Assembly (NCBI GenBank): GCA_036172245.1
Contig: JAYWIR010000006.1
Location: forward strand, 4,030,001-4,094,000
Reading direction: 5' to 3'
Source: Raillietiella orientalis
Lineage: Eukaryota
DNA length: 64,000 nucleotides
Within the stretch, counting starts at the first letter, position 1; every line of letters starts with the position of its first letter. Shown piece by piece: positions 57,701 to 64,000 of the stretch. A program made the position numbers and the translations under genes. A model generated the notes under the pieces. That model did not search any database, was not told the DNA's origin, and saw only the letters and a program-made list of their open reading frames with translations.

Positions 57701-60700
57701 ATTTTGGACTTTCCTTTTCCAGTGGGGGTGGGGAGCGTGCGCCCCCTGGCCCGCTTTGCCCCAGTCCGTCAAAGAGATACAGAGAGAGTGACCGTCACCC
57801 TCGAACACGGAAGATGGCGCGGCATCGTCGTCGTCGTCGTCGTTGCGAAGACGCCTCTCGCCGCGTCGGCTGCCCAGCGCTGCTGAGCCAAGGGACGATT
57901 CGGAATCGGGCGGTTTCACGTTGGCGCCCGAAAGGATGGTCATCAACCTGGGGCAAAATCTGCTGCGTTCCCGCTTCCCAGGACGCGCGGCGTGGTAGCA
58001 GTGGGGGGCCGGCCGGAACGTAGAGCGTCCCCGCAGAGGGCACCGAAAACGCAGCAATCCGTGGGGAAAAGGAAAAATCCACAAGATCCGCCTGGACCCG
58101 ACGCGGAAGGCGGTGCCGGAGCACGGCAGACCTCCGGGGTGACGGATCCAGGCGGAGGCGGGAGGACGCCCGAGGCCCAGGCGAACCCCTGCGGTCCTGG
58201 AGTGGCCGCACGAAACAGGACGCGCTCCGTACCCGCACGGCGAGCATGCCCGGCGTCCAGGGGCGTTCCTGCTCGCTCCACGTTCCGTTTTCCTCCCGGA
58301 TTGTCTCCGTCGGTGATGAATTCCCTGCAAGTTGAAATCCCCACTCTCATTCTCTGGATCGACATCCTGTACTGACTCTCCGATTTGCCTCCCCCCTTTT
58401 CGAGGCCTCGTTTACGCGTTTTGCGTCAGCAGCCCCTCGCGTTCGTCTCAGTTTTCTATTCTTGCCTACTCGTCACTCCTCACGCATTGGCAACATCTTG
58501 AGGATTGGAAGTCTTTTTTATCTCTTTATTATGAAGTGCGCCTCGGGACAAGGATCAGGAGCGAAACAGGATGTCTCCGTTCCTGTTGCTGACAGCGTCG
58601 CCATTATCTTCAGTGCCGGTGCCTCCTCTAGTCTTATTATTGCACTCTTTCGGGTGTCATTCCTAGGAACAGGAATCTCCAGCGGGTCGAGAGAGATGAC
58701 CTCAGCCTTGCGAGCAGCAGTCGCGCGGCTGTTTCGATTGCGTGTCATTTCAGAGAAAAAGAAAAAAATTCAAAGAAGCGCAACACTGGGGTAGCGCTAC
58801 GAGCGAGCCCCGGCGGTTACTGCACATTCCCACCAGCACCAGGTGCTGCTGTTCGCTCGTAAAGCAGCGAAATCTCGGGGGGTGCCGCGAGACACGGTGA
58901 GGTTTTCCCCCGTCCCGTTCCCTGTGTAGTTTATGTGGCCGCAAATGGCTGCCGTGGAACGAGATACCACACGTGCGGATGCGGTTGCCTTGGATACGTC
59001 GCTCACTTATGAGCGCCTGCTCTTCCTGGTACCCACAATCCGCCATAGTTTAAAAATGTACACCAACAGCGTTTTCGCCAGGACTTTGATGTTCGTTGTT
59101 CCTCCCTCCTCGTTTGGGATGCCCGCAGAAGGTGGTGGACCACCAACTGCACCCATCACTTGAAATTTCAAATGATGCATGGGATAGGGCAAATCAATGG
59201 AGTCACTGCTGTGCCCGGCTTCCACCATGTTTTAACCACTTCGCCGTTTGGTGGATTTGGATCTGCGCTCCTCCTTGTACAGGCGTGGCACTGTTGGTTG
59301 TTGATCTGTAACATATTTTATGCGCGCATAACATGTACATGGTATACGCCCATATCATGTGCTTATATCGTGACAAGTGCAGGACGGCATATGCGAAAAC
59401 ATCTACACCAGGGTGCCACCAATTTTACCAGAAGGGGGAAGCCATAGGTGGACTCCCTGATGCATGTGGTGGGAAAAGAAGTTCCTGCTCTCGGAAGGAG
59501 TCCGGGTTTTCCGGTGCACCCACTGGAAGGAACCTCCGGAGGCATCGCAGCCGAGTTGCCCAGCGCTCCGGTCCACGAGGCAATCTTTCAAAACGTTGCT
59601 TTAGCGAACGGCAGCCTTCGCAAAACAGGAAGAGTGTGATTTCCGGTCAAATGAAATTCCACTCGTCTGCGGGTGGGAAGCGGAGGTGACAGTAACGCGA
59701 CGACTCGATTCTTCCGCAGCGATGAGGCGCACCAGCCGAGGGATCCGTCACGCACAAAATGCTTCGGGAAAAAAATTCCACAAAGGGAACACGTTTTCCT
59801 TCTGGAATGCACGACCACCTGTGCATCCGAATCACGTTGCAAACGCATACGTGACGATCTTGAGCCACCAGGAAGGGTTGCCTCATGTCGAAAAACCCAA
59901 TAATTCAAATACACGAAAAGTGATGTTCCTTTTGAATTTGTTTGAATTAGATGGCTTCTCCGGTCAATGGCTGGACAATTCAACTATATGGTATAAGAAG
60001 AGAGTGGAATCTATTTTGAAAAAATTCAGATGCAATGATGCACGTGCAGTGCAGTACCTTAGAGGTATCTTTTATCGTTAAAGACATTCTCGAAGCCCAT
60101 GGAATAATACAGCTCACATCCTGATACGGTAATGCCGAAAGTCCAAAATATCTGTGCACTAGGAATACTATACTATTACTCACTTTTGGTTTTTGCAGTT
60201 ATACTACTCCTCGAAACTCCCATCCTTTCAAACCACTGTTAGCTAAGAGGTCGTTGGAAGGTCACTCAGCTCACCTTAATGATTTTATTAACAATTTTTC
60301 GCCAGCGGAGGGAAAGAGATCCAATGTTGCTAATAATTGATTTCTAGAGGTCCAGAATCTTGGACCTGAATGAACTGCCTGAGGACTCTGCAACTGCATA
60401 ACGTTCGTTACCAGCATTCATTAATAAATAATTGCATTCAGCATTCATTCATAATGCATAAAAATACGGAAACGCTAAAGGCTCTTGAAAATTCTTATTC
60501 AGTCTCTCTCATCGAGGAACGGCAACGATACGTATTACAATCAAAATACCAATATGCTGCAGTATTTAAGAAACTCACCAGCATTGCATCGAGCCTGACC
60601 TTGTCGATGACCGCGCACTCCTTTCCACATGAATTCCAGTCCGTGTACACGGAACGCGAAGGCAAGATTTTCCCCAGGCGCTCTTCAGATGAAATTCACT

Positions 60701-61000
60701 TTCCAGCTTGATGTCTCGATTGCAATCATTCGAAGCAGCGAGACTCTTCGTCATCGAAGCCATCTGCTCCAAATAGCTACATCGGCTCCGGTTGGGTCAG
60801 CCATGCCCATCGGGAATCGTCAAGCGCTTTATCCGGGAACACTTCACATTCTCAACCTGTTGGCCATTTGCTTATCAAAGTGTATTTCATTTCACTTAAT
60901 TAGGAGCGGTATCTTTCAAGAGGAAGAAAACTTTTGTCCCTTCCCCTTCCTCAACACCACGTGTCTTGGTTTAAGCTGAAGAGAACGAAAAACGCCTTCC

Positions 61001-61108
61001 TTTCACATGATTTTGAGTATTAGTTACTCGATATCATGTGAAAATATGACACTCCAGGTCTCACCGTTCGAAATTGGGAACGATGAGATACCTGGAGTAT
61101 CGTTTTTC
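61001..61108. repeat. Two abutting imperfect inverted repeats (hairpins)
   Basis: First: tttcacatgattttgagta-ttagt-tactcgatatcatgtgaaa (61001-61043). Second: actccaggtctcaccgttc-gaaattgg-gaacgatgagatacctggagt (61051-61098), extendable to ~61040-61108. Confidence 0.75.
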
Positions 61109-64000
61109 AAGAGTGGCAAACGGTTATAAAAGCGGCATGAAGAATCGACAGATAAGTGGATACATGAAGCTCAAGAGATGCGACATCTTTAAAGACCAAT
61201 TGCAAGTAAAGTGAACCTACAGATTAAAGTTTCCAACGATCCCTGAAATAGGGATCGTCGGAAAAATTGTTCAGGAGATTGAATGACGAATTTCCTTTGT
61301 ATAGTGACTTCCCGAGTTTGAAATTCCAGAGTTTCAAACGCAAGTGCACCTCGTACGCTCACTCCAAAGAATTTAATTTGAACAATTAGCGGTCGTCTTG
61401 AAAGCTGCCTGACCGAAATATAGGAATCCTTGCTTAAAATGCACAGACTTCTTGAAAATACAATGTTCTGGATAAGAGCCATTGAAAAAAAAATCTTTAA
61501 AAAGGCACGGTCGTCTGGTCACATTTGTGTCCAGTTTGGTTAGAATTTCTATCACAATGGTTTCTTTTTTTGCAACAAGGCTCTATTTAACTTCTTTCGT
61601 GGCACTCTACTCAGAGAAGCTGAACCCTTCTTTAAAATTCATTTGAAATGAAACTTCTGTAAACTTGTCCTAATGACAATCTGCTTCGAAAGAGGCGGCA
61701 GGAGATAGCTGCAAGAAGTTACTTTAAAAAAAACAAAACAAAACTTCTTTTGGTGTAGCCTTTCTTTTTTTTTGTGCACCCGGATTAGAAAGACCATGTG
61801 GAAATAAAACAGGATAAAGAAGGACCTTGCACTGTTCTTTGCATCGACACGCAGGAAGAGGAATCGGAGCAGTGTGGGAGGAAGAAGAGGAGGAATTGAA
61901 ATCTTCTCATCGACAACCATAGACGGCTCATTTATTTTACACCATCACCGGTTCTCGTCTTAACTTTCGCAGGTGCTTCTGCCATCATCTCCTCAGCGTC
62001 CGTGAGTGGATACTTGGCGTGGCTAAGCCATGAGGTGGTTTCGAGTAATTTCCGAGGGCTTCCTCGTCGTGAATTCGTGAACTGTGGTTGAAAGGCTGAG
62101 TGATGGGGAGCGCCTCCACGTCAGCTGGGAGGCGTTCGCGGCAAAGGTGGTGTTGCCAGAGCAGAAACGTGTGCCGGGATGGCGGGTTGAGGAATCAGAA
62201 GAAGGATCGAGCCCGACACAGCAGTTTCTCCTCCTGTCCACATGTAAAGTTTACCAAAGCAAAATTTTCTGTTTTTTTGAACCCAGATGCAACCTGCCTT
62301 CCTAAGGAGTGTGTTTGTGTGTCTTTGTGTTACGTGTTGCGCTTGCGGTGCCGTGGTCGTTACGACGTAATTCTTTTAATTTCAAGGGTTTCCCCTGCTG
62401 GTTTCTGCAGAATTTTCCACTCGTGGCTGCATTGTGCACGCCTCGGATGTGGAATTTCATGAGATATCTCCAAGATCCGTTTTTTTCAGATTTGCATTAA
62501 GTTGTGTTACATGTGAGGTAATGCTAGTACTCAATTTAGCAAAAACAGATCGTTTTTTCCTCTCTCTTCCTCTCCTCTTTGCAATTTTGATGGGTTGTGG
62601 GTTTCTCGCTGTTGTAACTGTTGTAACTTCGGGTGTTTTCTGTACTTTTGTTTTTTTCTTTGGCCTTTTCTCTTTTTGAAGAATGAACGCTCCTTGTCCC
62701 CGGAGCACCCCGTGTGACGACCACCCGGATGACTCAGCAACTGCGCTCTAATGCCTCCTGCAGGAATGGGAATTCATATCTGGAAGTGGAAACGGGAAAC
62801 TTATAGGTCAAAATTCATGACCAAGGAGAGAGAAGAAAAAAAAAAAAAATGTTTTCTCACGAGTCCCGGGCTGTATTTTACGGTTATGAGAGGGTGTATA
62901 ATTAGGGGCACATCCAGGTGTGATGTTTTGTTGTATGATTTATGACTGAAATCAGTTGCAACCAACTAGGAACGAGTTCTTCAAGGTACCTCCCTGACTG
63001 ATTGTTCTATAAGAGCAGAAGGGTGCCAAAATAAAAATCGAGTAAATGACCCTGTTAGGATTTTAGAAAGTAGGGCCAAGTTTCATATTTCCCACTATAG
63101 GACTGCGATGTGTGGAAAAATATTACAGTACTTACAAATATTTTTTGCCATGATTGTTACTTCTGTGGTCACATATGATCTCTGTGAACACTTTTTTGTT
63201 TATAAGGTGAATATTCAGAAATGTGATATCGTTTGAGGAGTGTTCCAAAAAGCAGGATGATTACAGGTTTTCATCACTTGCAACAAATTCTGTAGTCAGG
63301 TTTGTGTGGAAAATGCATAAAAAACATTTCATCAGAATTGGTTAAGGAATTAATTTCGAGTCTGCTTTAAATTATAGCCAATTTATAACTGTTGCTGGTT
63401 GGGTTGTAAAGTACAGGCTTGCATGTAGCAAAACCACTTTCCAGTTACCTAAAGTTTATACCTATATGGGAATGCATAAGCATTTATTAGTCAGAATCGC
63501 ACAAGTCTGATTTAGGGTCATTCTTCCATATAGGTTCATTCCAGAAGAGAAAAGGAAATGAACACATATTTTGAATATGCTCAGTTTTATTCAAAGTTGA
63601 GGAGTTGTATAAAAAGATTATTTTTCTCTCGAAATATTTGAAGTTATTGATTATCCAACTTTTATTTGGAATCATTTCACCATAAGTCATGATTTCACAA
63701 ACATTCTTTGCATGGCAAATAGCCTTAGAGAAGTTGGCTGATGGTAAGTGAATTATGTGATTAAGTAATCTTACAAGAGCATGTAGTGCAAGTTATGTAA
63801 ATGGCAGTGTAGCTTGCATTTCCTACCATTTCCCATATTGGAAAATGAGCAAAAGGGAAGAATTTATTTGCTTGTTTTCTCAAAATATAATTGCAAATTG
63901 CATGAAAACAAGATTGATTTAATTAACATTAATGCCAAATTTATGTTCGTTTTTTAAGATTTTGCTTTTCAGTTAAAAACTCAAAGAAAGAAATGTCAGT

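Noticed and set aside
16600..60000. Hundreds of overlapping 60-360 aa ORFs on both strands
   Set aside because: Expected from low stop frequency at ~60% GC. The products are R/P/G/A-rich, overlap in all frames, often run through homopolymers and show no family motifs.
16400..60000. GC-rich block as bacterial contamination or horizontal transfer
   Set aside because: It contains spliceosomal introns and an animal-type PP2A B'' gene whose first exons lie in the AT-rich flank and join in phase. There is no prokaryotic gene density. A misjoin still needs read support to be fully excluded.
63961..64000. Acceptor ttttcag at 63972 possibly starting an exon of the next gene
   Set aside because: Only 28 nt follow within the window, so it cannot be supported.
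1..64000. CRISPR arrays, tRNA/rRNA genes, transposase or reverse transcriptase ORFs, U12-type introns
   Set aside because: I saw no regularly spaced direct repeats, cloverleaf or rRNA signatures, DDE/YxDD motifs or RTATCCT donors by eye. tRNAscan-SE, Infernal and RepeatMasker would be needed to exclude them formally.

Overview
Eukaryotic (metazoan, probably ecdysozoan/arthropod) genomic DNA with four intron-containing genes whose exons I could join by hand in consistent phase. They are EBP2 (+, 5'-partial, 83-1368), PRKCSH/glucosidase II beta (-, 6905-2353, 11 exons, 539 aa, ends HDEL), TMTC4 (+, ~8984-15901, 12 exons, ~700 aa) and a PP2A B'' regulatory subunit (PPP2R3A/B-like, +, 16045-45761). 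The PP2A gene has two alternative N-termini, a ~19.5 kb intron and a GC-AG intron. Composition splits the window into three domains: AT-rich and CpG-depleted to ~16.4 kb, with many 42-56 nt introns; GC- and CpG-rich from ~16.4 to ~60 kb; and AT-rich again after ~62.9 kb. The left switch falls inside the PP2A gene. The main leads are: (1) an operon-like 143 bp TMTC4-PP2A junction with a TTTTCAG acceptor and no poly(A) signal; (2) a protein-like segment upstream of the first AUG of the long PP2A exon (possible non-AUG start); (3) long intronic hairpins; (4) a 750-aa antisense nested ORF; and (5) a G-depleted block that may be an assembly artefact. I recognised no tRNA, rRNA, CRISPR array or transposase, and no gene between ~46 and 64 kb. 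Homology calls come from remembered family motifs, not database searches.
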